From positions 62,001 to 126,000 of the forward strand of contig JAYWIR010000076.1 in assembly GCA_036172245.1 (NCBI GenBank): a stretch of DNA of 64,000 nt. The letters run 5' to 3'. Positions 38,121 to 49,366 of the stretch are shown in pieces. Origin of the DNA: Raillietiella orientalis. Taxonomy: Eukaryota. Each line of letters begins with the position of its first letter. Position 1 is the stretch's first letter. A program made the position numbers and the translations under genes. The notes below the pieces were generated by a model. It was not told the origin of the DNA. It did no database searches and saw nothing but the letters and a program-made list of their open reading frames with translations.

Positions 38121-39611
38121 TTCGGCTAGAGCGGACGTGTTTCCTCGGTGCTCCTCGTGCCGGGAACCGTCCCTAGGTGTACACTTCGTGTGTGGTGGTG
38201 GTCGATCAGGCAGCAATGCCTGACGCGACCACCAGTGCGTGTCAGGGGGCGGTGGCAACGTCGCCTCCTGAAGAAATGTAGTGCCAGGTGGCGGCGGCAA
38301 CGTCGCCTCCAGTGGCGAAGGAGGTGCAGGCGTTGGCCCCCACAAAACCGGTCCCCGCTGCAGCGCGGGCGTGGAGCGCCGTCGTGTCGGCGCCATCGCC
38401 TGCAGCCGCGGCGGAATTATCTGCCTATGTGGAAGAGGGGTATAACCCATCACTATTCTACAAGGTAGGAAATTTGTATTCTGCAGAGAGTGCGCGCGCC
38501 TTTTCGAAGATGATGCGCGCTCTCGATGTTAAAGAGGAGGAGCTCTGCGCTATGACCTTTCGTAGCGGGGGGCAGTACGTAGAGGGGATCTGCAAACATG
38601 CAGATCTGGCCCAACGTCTGCTTAAAATCTCCGTGGTAATGGGGACACGCAGGCTCCTTCCCGTTACGGCGGACCACAGGATGGTGGTCCACCTTTTAGG
38701 AGTTACCGCGCGGATGCGGAAAGAACAGTTACGCGCCGCGTTGGGAAAAGAAGGCACGGTCCATGCAGTATGGACCAAGCCTAGTCCTTTCGAGGACTAT
38801 ACCACAGTTCAGTGCGGCCTCACGGGTGCCCGTGTAACCGTTCGGGAGGGCTCTACCCTTCCCCACAAACTGATGGTCGGCGGAGAAAGCGTCGACCTCT
38901 GGTACGTGGGGAAGCCCAAATACTGTGGCTTCTGCAACACGTAGGGTCACCTCAAAACGAGGTGCCCCAACGTACAGTGCCTGGTATGCGGGACAATGGG
39001 CCACACGAAGAAAGTGTGTCCACAATCCGCTGTGCGCGTGGTTTCCGCGAGGAAGCTAAAAAAACGCGCGCGGCTGCTACAGAAAAAGCTGGTGGCTAAG
39101 GCTGCCGCTCAAGCTGTTCCACCCACTTCCGTGGTCCACGCCACAGCCGACACCCCGGTAACGAATGCCTAAAAGATCGACAAAAGCGGTCAAGTGTCGG
39201 AATGGCAAGAAGTCACAGCGAAAAAGAAAAAAAAGTCGAACAAAGAACGACGAATTGAAGAAAAGCTCGCCTACCAAACTAGAAAACAGCAGGTTAGCGA
39301 GAATTTAAAAGAATGCAGCGTCGTCGTGGAACGCGTCCCCGTTGAACGCCGCAAGGTAGAAATCGCTGCTACCGACGAGCAACCCACTGTTGAAAATGTC
39401 AACAGCGTGGGGAGCGAACAGGCGGAAGCGTCCGTCATCGAGACCGTGATCGATGACGCCGCTTTCCAGCGCGCGGCGGAGGAACTGGCTGCATCGTTGC
39501 AGCCAGACCCCTCCAAGGCCAGTTGGAGGACGTGTTTTTCCTTCACTCCTCAAAGAGTAGTAGGAAAGCGCTTTCTTGTGTGTGGTGTTTAGTGTACATC
39601 GTCGGTGTCCA

Positions 39612-41361
39612 ATGGCCACGACGCCAGAGGACACCGCGATGGAGGTGGGAGTGGGGGAGGCTAGTTCGCCTCCACAGCCTACTGGAGCAGGGGCAGCCGC
39701 CCCGGAATCATCCCCGGCCACGCCGAGGACATGGAGCGCCATGGTGGCCGCGCCCAGCGCAGAAGCCATGGCGGAGATGGCCGCATACAAGGCCTCCGGG
39801 TACCAGCCATCGCTTGTCTACCAGGTAGGCAACATGTTCGACGGCCGGACAGCGCGCGCCTTCAGCAAAGCGTTGAAGGACGCGAACGTAACGGAGAAGG
39901 ATCTGGACGGCCTCTCCGTCCTCAGCGGCGGGCAGCGGGTCGAGGTGGTCTGCAAAGATGTCACCTTGGCTCACCGCCTAATCCATGCGCCGCTGAACGT
40001 AGACGGCCGCAAGATCCTGCCAGTATCAATGGACCGCTCCGTGGTGGTCCACATGACTGGCATCACCAGCCGCATGACGCCGTCAGCGGTTGGTGAGGAA
40101 TTGAGAAAGTACGGTGAGGTGCACGCACTGTGGCCGAAATCCTCCATTTTCGACGGCTCCGATAGCCTTTTTGGTGGGCAGGCTGCAGCGCGGGTCACCG
40201 TAAGGGAGAATTGTGGGCTTCCCCACAAACTACAGGTGGCGCAAGAAAACGTCGACCTGTGGTATGTAGGGGAGCCCCGGTATTGCGGGCATTGTGATAC
40301 CGTGGGACACCTACGTAAAAGGTGTCCCAATATACAATGCCATTTGTGCGGGGAGCGGGGCCACGTTCGGCGCGTGTGTCCCAAACGCCTCACCCCGGTT
40401 CCCCCTGCCGCGAAAAAAGCGCAGGGGAAACGTGCTTCCAAGGTCTCTAGACCTAAAGCAGAAAAGGGCCAGCACAAGCTGCCAACACCTCAACCTCCGG
40501 AGCGTAAGCCGGAGGATAAACCTTCTGAAACGGTGGAAGGCGAAGAGGGATGGCAGCTTGTAGAGGCCAGAAAGCCGAGGAAACTCCCACCCGCGGAGAG
40601 CAAAGAGCGCAAGACGGCCGGAAAGCCGAAGAAACCCGGTCCGCGCTCGAAAACTTTGCGCGAATGCACGGTAGCACTGGAACGAATCGTCGTTCCCGAG
40701 ATTGCCACCCGGAGCGTCGATCCTCCCGTTGCCGTTTCCGCTGCGCCCGAGGCTCGCGACAGCAAACCCTCTGTTTACAAAGAGGGTGAGCCGCGCGACA
40801 TAGCGGCGGTCGAAGCCGCGGACGCCGCGTTCGCGCAGGCGGCGGAGGAGCTCGCGGTCACGCTGGCCGAGCGTGAGAACCCCTCGCGCAAGGCCGTGCG
40901 AAGGCCGGCTCGGCGAAGAAGGCCCCCAAAGGTGAGTTAGACCTGGGGGCCGGAAGCACATCCTCCTCCTCGGAGGCACCCCCCAGGAAGTCGGGACGAA
41001 GTCCCAGAAGCCCAGGAGGCGCCTCCCCTCCACCAGCGAGGAGGAGAAGACGGAAGCCGTCGCCAGCGTGGGAAATTCGGAGGAGGAATTCCCACGCTCG
41101 GAAGCCGTCGATGCGGCCACCCCCATGGAGGAGGATGAACAGGGGGGTGAAGTCTTCCCTGCAGGCGCCGACCCTGAACAGCCCGCCCCCATGGAGGAGG
41201 GCGAACAGGTAGGCGCGACTCCACCTGCGGGTGATCCGGCCGACGCGCCGGCACCGATGGAGGAGGGGGACCAGGTGCCTTCAGCACCTGACCCCCCTCC
41301 TCCACCTAGCGTCCCGCCCCAGCAGGTGGCGGACGCCGCACTGCCATCTTCCCAGGAGTAA
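39612..41361 (+). pseudogene. ORF1 gag-like protein with two CCHC knuckles; frameshift near 40915
   Basis: CGHCDTVGHLRKRC and CHLCGERGHVRRVC; ends SSQE*. Confidence 0.9.
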
Positions 41362-44300
41362 CACCTGGGCTCGCCAGTCGCCGTCGGATTCGCGCGGCCT
41401 GTTGGAATGTCAACGGGCTGCGCGACGACGGTAACAGGCGAGATACAGCCGACACCCTGCGGGAGTTCGACCTGGCCCTGTTGCAGGAGATCCACGTGAT
41501 CACCGCGGCAGACGTCCAGGAGATCGAGACGATCGCGGGGGGTCGGCTGTACTGGCAATGCGGCATCCGCAACACCTGCGGGGTCGCGTTCTTCGTGAAG
41601 CCGGCCATCGACGCTGCCGTGAAGGGCGTGCGCTTCGATGACGACGGTCGGGTCGGTCAGCTGACTCTCGGCTGGTCGGACTCGATCGATCTGATCGTCA
41701 CGAATGTGTACGCCCCAACCGGTCAAAAGGGATACAGCAAGCGTACCAGGCTGCTTGAATCCCTGAAGGGCGACTGGCTGGCGAACACGAGCGTGCGGAA
41801 GACTCACCTGATAGCGGGAGATTTCAATCTCCGCCTGCTAACAGGTGAGCCGGAAACACAAGTGAACGCGATGAACGAGTTGTGCGCCGCCATGCGTGCG
41901 CGCAACTTGTTCGCGGGTGAGAGGGGAATGGTCCGCAGCATCGAGCACGTCTTCCTCGACGCTGACCTGTGTTCACGGGTCGGCAAACGGGGGAGGGTTG
42001 CGTCAACGTTGTCGGACCATTCCCGGTTAATTTTCGAGATGCGGCCTCGCGACAAAGGACCGCCATCCAGAGACTGGCGTCTGCCGGGGGACTGGACGCG
42101 ACTCTCAGGTGCGAAGGAACACCTTCGCGAATACCTGAGAGGCGTCACGCTCCGGAATCTCCAAGACTGGGACCTTTTTAAGGAATCGGTCCGGGAATTC
42201 TGCGAGCAGTTCCCCCTGGACCGCCTGCACTCCGGATTCGGCGAGGGTCCTCGCAACCATCGGGGCTATTTACAGGCCCGTAGGTACGAGCGAACCCCTA
42301 ATGTCCGTCGCCTGGCCGAGTACCGCGCCGGGGCCGAACGCCAAGCCTGGCAATCCGGGTCGGCCAGCTTGCTGGACGAGCAGGGCCGGGAATGTTCGTC
42401 CCCGGCGTCGGTACGGCATCTTGTGTGGAGTTATTATTCCTCCCTTCACGCAAGTGCGCCCCCGGATCAAGATGCCTCTCGGCTCTTGCTTCCGGATGGT
42501 GCCCCGGCAATAGGGGAGGAGGACTCGTTAAGCCTCGATGAGCCTTTTACCACCGGCGAAATTCTCGCCGGTATCAAATGGCTCAAGAGGCGTAAAGCTC
42601 CAGGGGAAGACGGCTTGCCCGCGGAATTCTATCAGAGCTTCGCGGAAGAGCTGGCACCCCTGCTGCTTCAGCTGACAATGCTGATCCGAGACGAAGGCGA
42701 TGTTCCCGCCTCGTTTCGGTCAGCCAGAGTCAGGCTCCTTCCGAAAGGGGGAGACCTTAGGAATTTGAACAACTGGCGTCCGATCACGATTGTGAATACG
42801 GACGCCAAGTTGGTTGCCGGGCTATGGGCTTCGCGTCTGGGGCAGGTGGCAGAATCCATAATTAGCCCGGAGCAGACATATGCTGTTCCCGGGCGAAGTA
42901 TGCATGCCAACCTCTTCTTCGCGAGCACATGGATGCACGCGCAGAGGTTTCAAAAGGAAGGGAAAGGGAAAATCGGCAACCCCACTTTGAGGCCGCCAGC
43001 AGGGCAGGGAATAGACTCCCGGGCGGGGAAGGGGGCCTAAGCGCTCGCAGTCGATCTCCATAAGGCGGTCGACTGTGTTGACCAGGGGCTTTTGTTGGAG
43101 CTCCTGGGTCGCATGGGCTTCCCACCCTCCTTGATCAACTTCCTGCGTTCCTGCTGGCGCCATGCCATAATTTCCGTCTCTTTCAGCAGTCAGAAGGTGC
43201 ATGGCGTGCCGGTGCGGCGGGGCATCAGACAGGGAGATAGCCTGAGTCCCCTGCTCTTCAGCACCTACTTTGAGTTGGTGCTGAGAGCCTACAGGGTGAC
43301 TTTGGCCTCCTTGCCTAGCTCGTGTCCCGGCACGCCCGCCGTAGCAGCCTATGCCGACGACCTTCTGCTCCTGTTACCTATGTCCACCCCGGCGAAGGCG
43401 GTCGGAGACTTCTTCGAACTGCTCAGCCGTGGGACCGGACTGCAGGTCAACAGGGCGAAGTCGTCGGTGGTGCCAGTAGGTGCGGCGTGGGCAGGGCAGC
43501 AGGACTGGGTCCGTCTGGGGATCCCCACGGCGAGGTGCCTCAAGTACCTTGGTGTGCCGTTGGGTGACTACTCCCCTGCCGAAGCGTGGTCCAGCTGTCT
43601 TCAAAAAGTTGAGACGGCGATCGGCCCGTTCCTGGAAGGCAAGTTTCACTTGCCGGAACGGGCCGCGGTTTGGAACGCCTTCGCGGCCCCCATCCTCCGC
43701 CCCTTGCTTTTTGTTTGCCCCGCCCCCAGACAATGCAAAAAGAGGACGAAGGACCTCCTCCGCATCGCCCTTTGGGGCAAGGGGAGGCCCCGAGTCCCTC
43801 TGCAGGACTTGTGCGCTCCGCGTCGGGACGGCGGCCTTGGCCTCCTGACGCTGGAGCGCGTGGAAATCCAACTGCGGTGGCGAACTCTCGCCATCGCAGC
43901 GAAGATGTGGAGCACCCCTTGGTGCGTTCCGGCCCGCCACCTCGCCAGGCGTGTGTCCCGATGCGAAGGACTCGCGTCGTTTCTTCTGTGCCCTGGCCGG
44001 AAGATCCGAAGATGCGGCCTTATGCTCGGACGCATAGCAACCTTGGCGAAGACGAACGGTTGGATGGTTTGTGGCCCCGCCAACTCCTCCGCCTGGTTAG
44101 AGGAGTCTGCTGGCACATGGGCTAAGCTGAACCGGAGGAGCGAAAACCACATGAACTGCCTGCGAATCGGCCCATACGCCAACCGCACCCTGCGGGAAAT
44201 ACTGGAATTTCGCCGGAGTCGCAGGTGGGCGTTGACGACCCCCCTTGCTACGGCGATGCCCTACCTCCTGAGGGCGCTTCAGGATTGCCAGAAGCCGAGG

Positions 44301-44954
44301 TGGCAAGTCACCTGCCAGATCGCAGGCAGGGAGATGTTAAGCGGCTGGACCACAGGAGAACTGGCGGACGCCACGATCCCGAGCGTCCAGCCGCGTGGAC
44401 TAATGAGGTGGGGCGAGCTGCTCGCCATCCCTACGGATGTGCTGAAGTGGCCCCCGGTATTAAAGGAATCCAGGATCCTGCCCCTTAAGTGGCAAGAGTT
44501 GGCGTTGCTTTTGTTGCACTGGGGTCTACCCTGCAACGCGCGCCGCTTCCACTGGACGAGGGGAGCTGTGGATCCGGCGTGTGCCAGGTGCGGGGAGCGG
44601 GAGTCGCTTCCCCACCTTATTGTGGATTGTGCTGCCATCCGACCCCTCTGGGAACGGTTCGGGGCGACCCTAGGGCTCCCTACGGGCAGCACCCCCTGAG
44701 ACGTTCTTCGTCCCCTCTTCGTGAAGGACGCACTGCAGCCAGCCGCAGCCATCGCAGCCTTGTGCGGTGTCCGTGGAATCGTGGCGGCATGGAGCGACGC
44801 CAATAACGATGGTGTGGGTACACACGCGAGGGATGTCATCCCATACGCCCAACGCTTCATGCGGAGTGCTGTCGGATGGCCCCAACTGAAAAATATACGG
44901 ACGGACCTCGAGGGCTTCCTTCAACGGATGGGCCCTCCTCACAGCGTTTAGTGA
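41361..44954 (+). pseudogene. ORF2 endonuclease/RT (about 1200 codons) in a single frame, with premature stops at 43038 and 44697 and no ATG start
   Basis: ORFs starting at 41481, 43092 and 44721 share one frame; EN motifs, AYADD and CARCGERESLPHLIVDC. Confidence 0.92.
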
Positions 44955-45133
44955 TCCTTTCCCTGCCCTCCAACTTCTTTTTCTCTGTTTATTTTTTTTA
45001 TTTTTCTTTTTGTTTTGTCCCCATCCCCCTTCGCTGCTGAGGAACGTTACGCTGGGCTGCGTCCCGGCGTTTTGGCAGGTCCAGTGTATATAGCCGTGAG
45101 CGGGGCCTTGTACCGCGGATGTAGAGTTTTAGC

Positions 45134-45164
45134 AATAAACGCCCCGGGCGTACCCGGGTGTAAA
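45134..45164 (+). terminator. 3' terminus: AATAAA followed by a GC-rich stem-loop and AAA, with no poly(A)
   Basis: AATAAACGCCCCGGGCGTACCCGGGTGTAAA directly abuts the TSD. Confidence 0.75.
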
Positions 45165-45535
45165 CCTCCAAGGCTGGCAAAAAGGCAGTGAGGTGTCCGG
45201 CCTCCTCCGAGGAGTCGGTAACTTCCAACCCCGAAGCGCAGGCCGGAATCCATGTTTCCATCTCCGTGGCACCCCGCCGGAAGGCTGGAAGGAAGTCCAG
45301 GAATCCTCGGAAAGCCCCTCTCCAGGTCCAAGGCGTGGAGATGACTTCCGACTGCGAGGGTGCCATGAGCGTGGGTGAATCCCGGGAATCGTCACCCGAG
45401 AGACCACCACGCACAGACACGGAGGAGATGGAGGGGGTTGAAGCCGGAAAGGTACCCAAAGTGCCTGAGGAGGCTGAAACCATAATGGTCATCTCACCCG
45501 CCTCGGAAGAGGCGGGTTCCCCCCCCACCGTCATC

Positions 45536-45557
45536 TTCCCGGCAGTAATGCCGGGAA
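45536..45557 (+). promoter_or_regulatory. ORF1/ORF2 junction hairpin TTCCCGGCA-GTAA-TGCCGGGAA containing the overlapping stop-start TAATG
   Basis: Perfect 9-bp stem with a GNRA tetraloop; analogous stems in other subfamilies. Confidence 0.7.
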
Positions 45558-48500
45558 TCTCCTCCCACCGTCGTCTGCGCATCGCCGTTTGGAACGTGAA
45601 CGGCATGACAGACGCCGGCAGGAGACGACACTTCTCCGCCATTCTAGGATCGTTCGACCTTGTGCTGCTGCAGTGGATCCATGTGATCTCTGCCGAACAA
45701 GCGCAGGAGCTCGAACGCATCTACGGAGGGCGGCTGTGGTATCGGTGTGGAACATCGAGAAGTTGTGGTGTCGCCTACCTGCTTCGGCCCGCCATCGAGG
45801 CCGACGCCCGTGGAGTTCGGTTCGACGATCACGGTCGTGTCGGCCAGCTGACTCTCAGTTGGTCCGACTCGATCAACTTGATCGTTACGAACGCTTACGC
45901 CCCGAGCGGAGCGTACCTGATGATCAGGAGGGCCAGGAAAGAAATTTTCCTTGCCCTCTCTCGCGACTGGTTGACCCAGGCAGGCGTGCGGAATGCCCAT
46001 CTGGTTGCAGGCGATTTTAAGGTTCGTCTGAAACCGGATGGGCCGAATCACGAGCGTGAACTGGTCAACGAGGTGAGCGCGGCGGTGCACACTTGTAATT
46101 TGTTGGCCAGTGTACCAGGGATGGAGGACAACATCGATCACGTTTTCCTTGACGAGCACCTGTGCACTCGTGTGGGCAGGCGCTGCAAGCTGCAGTGCGA
46201 GTTGTCCGACCATCGACCAATCGTGATTGAAATCCATCCGCGCGACAGCACCCCCCTCGTCAGCGTGGCGTTTGCCAGGGGACTGGCTGAAGCTCCCGAA
46301 CGCGACGGAACATCTCCGCACGTTTATACGGAGCTTTCGGATTCAGACACTTCAGGATTGGTACCGCTTCAAACGGTCGGTCCAGGAGTTCTGCAACCAG
46401 TTCCCTCTGCACCGCCTAACTGCGGGATTGGAAGACGGGGTACGTAACGAACGAGCCTATCTGCAGGCTCGCCGTTACGCCAGGACCCCCGACATCCGCA
46501 GGCTGGCGGAATACAAAGCGGGAGCGGAGACGCAAGCCTGGCAGTCAGGATCGGCCAGCTTGCTGGACGATCAGGGCCAGCAGCATTTGGCACCCGCACA
46601 GATCCGCGGTCTGCTGCGGCGTTTTTACACCTCCCTGTACGCAAGAACGCCTTCCGAGCGGGATTTTTTACGAATCCTGCTTCCGGAAGGCGCTCCTGCG
46701 ATCGGCAAAGAGGAGAAAAAGTCCCTCGACGAGTCTTTCACGATGGGCGAGATCATCTCGGCCATCGGAAAGCTCAAGAGGCGAAAGGCTCCAGGAAAGG
46801 ACGGCCTGTCCGCGGAGTTTTATTAAACTTGCGCGGCTGAGCTAACCCCCCTGGTACATCAACTCACCATGCTGATACGCGAGACAGGCGACGTTCCCGT
46901 CTCGTTTCGTTCGGCAAAGGTGCGGCTTCTCCCTAAGGGAGGAGATCTGAGGAGCATGAACAACTGACGTCCCATCACAATAGTGAATGCGGATGCCAAG
47001 TTGATAGCTAAGGTTTGGAATGAGCGTTTGGGACGGGTTGCAAACGCCTTCAACAGCCCGGAACAGACGTATGCTGTTCCGGGGCGAAGCATGGAGGCGA
47101 ACCTGTTCCACGCTTCCACCTGGCTAGAGCTCCAACACGAAAGGGGTTTGATGCGCACCGGGAATTCCGGTGAGTCCGTCAGTCATGCGACGGATGGTCG
47201 TATGGAGGTGGGAGCACTTGCGGTCGCTGTCGACTTGCGTAAAGCATTCGACAGCGTCGACCAGAATCTCCTGTCGGAGCTTTTGGAACGCTTGGGCTTT
47301 CCGGCTTCATTATTGGACTATCTGCGCTCTAGCTGGCGCGATGCGCAAACCAATGTTACTTTTAGCGGGCATACTGTTCACGCCTCCGGTGCGACGTGGG
47401 ATCCGGCAAGGTGAGAGCCTGCGCCCCTTGCTCTTCAGTACCTACTTTGAGTTGTTACTGAAAGCGTACAGGGAAACTCTGGCTCACCTGCCGCATGAAT
47501 GCGCCGGAACGCCTGCGGTTTCAGCATTTGCGGACGACCTCCTGCTACTGCTCCTAATGTCCACCCCGGCGAAGGCGGTCGGAGATTTCTTCGACCTGCT
47601 TAGCCGTGGGGCCGGATTACCGGTTAACAGAACGAAGTCGTCAGTGTTGCCAGTTGGAGCGACGTGGACAGGGCAGCAGGACTGGGTCCGTCTGGGGATC
47701 CCCACGGTGAGGTGCATCAAGTACCTCGGTGTGCCGTTGGGGGACTTCTCCCCTGCGGAAGCGTGGTCCAGCTGCCTCCAAAAAGTCGAAACGGCGATCG
47801 GCCCGTTCCTGGAAGGCAAGTTTCACTTGCCGGAACGGGCCGCAGTTTGGAACGCCTTCGCGGCCCGCATCCTCCGCCCTTTGCTTTTTGTTTGCCCCGC
47901 CCCCGTTGAATCAAGAAAGCGGACGAAGGACCTCCTCCGCATAGCTCTTTGGGGCAAGGGGAGGCCCCGAGTCCCTTTGAAGGACTTGTGCGCTCCGCTT
48001 CGGGACGGCGGTCTCAGCTTCCTGACGGTGGAGCGCGTGGAAATCCAGCTGAGATGGCGGACCCTCGCCATCGCAGCGAAGATGTGGAGCACCGCTTGGT
48101 GCATTCCGGCCCGCCTCTTGGCCATGCGTGGGTGCCGCTGCGAAGGACTCGCATCGTTTCTTCTGTGCCCTGGCCGGACAATTCGAAGGTGCGGTCTAAT
48201 GCTTCGCCGCATGGCAACCCTGGCAAAGGAGAACGACTGGATGGTTTGTGGCCCTGCCAACTCCTCCGCTTGGCTGGAAGAGACTGCTGGCACCTGGACC
48301 AAGCAGAACCAGAGGTGCACAGACCGGATGAACTGCCTGCGAGTCGGCTTTTACGCCCGCCGCACTCTCCGTGAAATTCTTTAATTTCCACCGAGTTTCA
48401 CGTGGGCGGAAGGCACACCCCTTGTTACGGCGATGCCCCTCCTCCAAAGGGCGCTTCACTAAAGCCGGAAGCCAAGGTGGCAAGTCTGCTGCCGTATCGC

Positions 48501-49128
48501 AGGCAGAGAGAAGATGATGAGCGTCTGGACCATCGGAGAGTTGACAGATGCAACGACCCCTAGTCTCCAGCCGCGTGGATTAAGAAGAGGAGGCGAGCTG
48601 CTCGGCATTCGATTGGATGACCTGAAGTGGCCCCCGGTTCTCCTTGGATCCAGGATCCTTCCCCTGAAGTGGCAAGAATCGGCGCTTCTGTGGCTGCATT
48701 GGGGTCTACCCTGCAACGCGCGCCGCTTCCACTGGACGCGGAAAAGAGTAAATCCTGCGTGTGCCAGGTGTGGGGAGCGGGAGTCGCTCCCCCACCTCTT
48801 AGTTGGATGTCCTGCGGTCCAGATTCTTTGCGATCGTCTGAAAACGGCCCTCCGGATACCGGATGGTGGCAATGTTGGATGTGTCTTCAGTCTCGTCTTC
48901 GTGCGGGACGCCCTCAGTCCAGCCGCAGCCCTGGCAGCACTTTGCTGCATTCGTGGTATCGTGGCGGCCTGGAGTGATGCCGAGGATGAAGGCTGCATCG
49001 TGAGGGACGTCATCGAGTATGCTTCTCGCTTCCTGCAGAGAGCTACCCGATGGCCCCATTTAGGAAAGCTGAAAATTTAACTAGAAGGCATCCTGCAAAC
49101 GATAGGCGCTCCCAGCAGTTTTCTGTGA
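45548..49128 (+). pseudogene. ORF2 of the subfamily D element (frameshifted)
   Basis: MPGISSHRRLRIAVWNVNG, IDHVF, SDH, DLRKAFD, AFADD and CARCGERE. Confidence 0.88.
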
Positions 49129-49270
49129 TCCCTTCCCGGCCCTCCAAACTTTTTTTTGTGGTTTGTTTTTCTCTTTTATTTTATTTTTGTTTTTTCCCCC
49201 ATCCCCCTCCACTGCCGAGGAGAGCCACACCGAACTGCGTCCCGGTGTCCCGGCAGTTCCGGTATTGCGT

Positions 49271-49295
49271 GGCCATCAGTGGGGCCTTGTACCAC
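49271..49295 (+). other. Predicted H-type RNA pseudoknot in the 3' UTR
   Basis: GGCC-ATCA-GTGG-GGCC-TTGTA-CCAC; covarying copies in seven other 3' UTRs. Confidence 0.7.
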
Positions 49296-49366
49296 GTTCT
49301 GTATTGACCGTTGAAATGTTTTTAATAAACGTCCTGGGGTATCCGGGTGGCATCGCCGAAAGCCGG

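Larger units (their letters stand above)
39520..45164 (+). mobile_element. Full-length (5.6 kb) subfamily B element, the best-preserved copy of the main family
   Basis: 10-bp TSD CCTCCAAGGC at 39510-39519 and 45165-45174; 5' GGACGTGTTTTT; terminal hairpin. Confidence 0.95.
38121..49353 (+). mobile_element. Full-length subfamily D element (38121-39519 plus 45165-49353), split in ORF1 by a nested B element
   Basis: ORF1 from the ATG at 38216 resumes after the TSD; TAATG at 45546-45550; complete 3' end. Confidence 0.9.

Noticed and set aside
40311..41807. Long antisense ORFs (498 aa here; also 1653-2630, 54530-55546, 31940-32878 and 56334-57455)
   Set aside because: They are shadows of GC-rich ORF1/ORF2 frames or run across element junctions, with no motifs and no conservation between copies.
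49205..49353. Hammerhead or HDV-like ribozyme in the UTRs
   Set aside because: By eye I find no CUGANGA/GAAA core or HDV nested double-pseudoknot topology. An Infernal search would be needed to exclude it.
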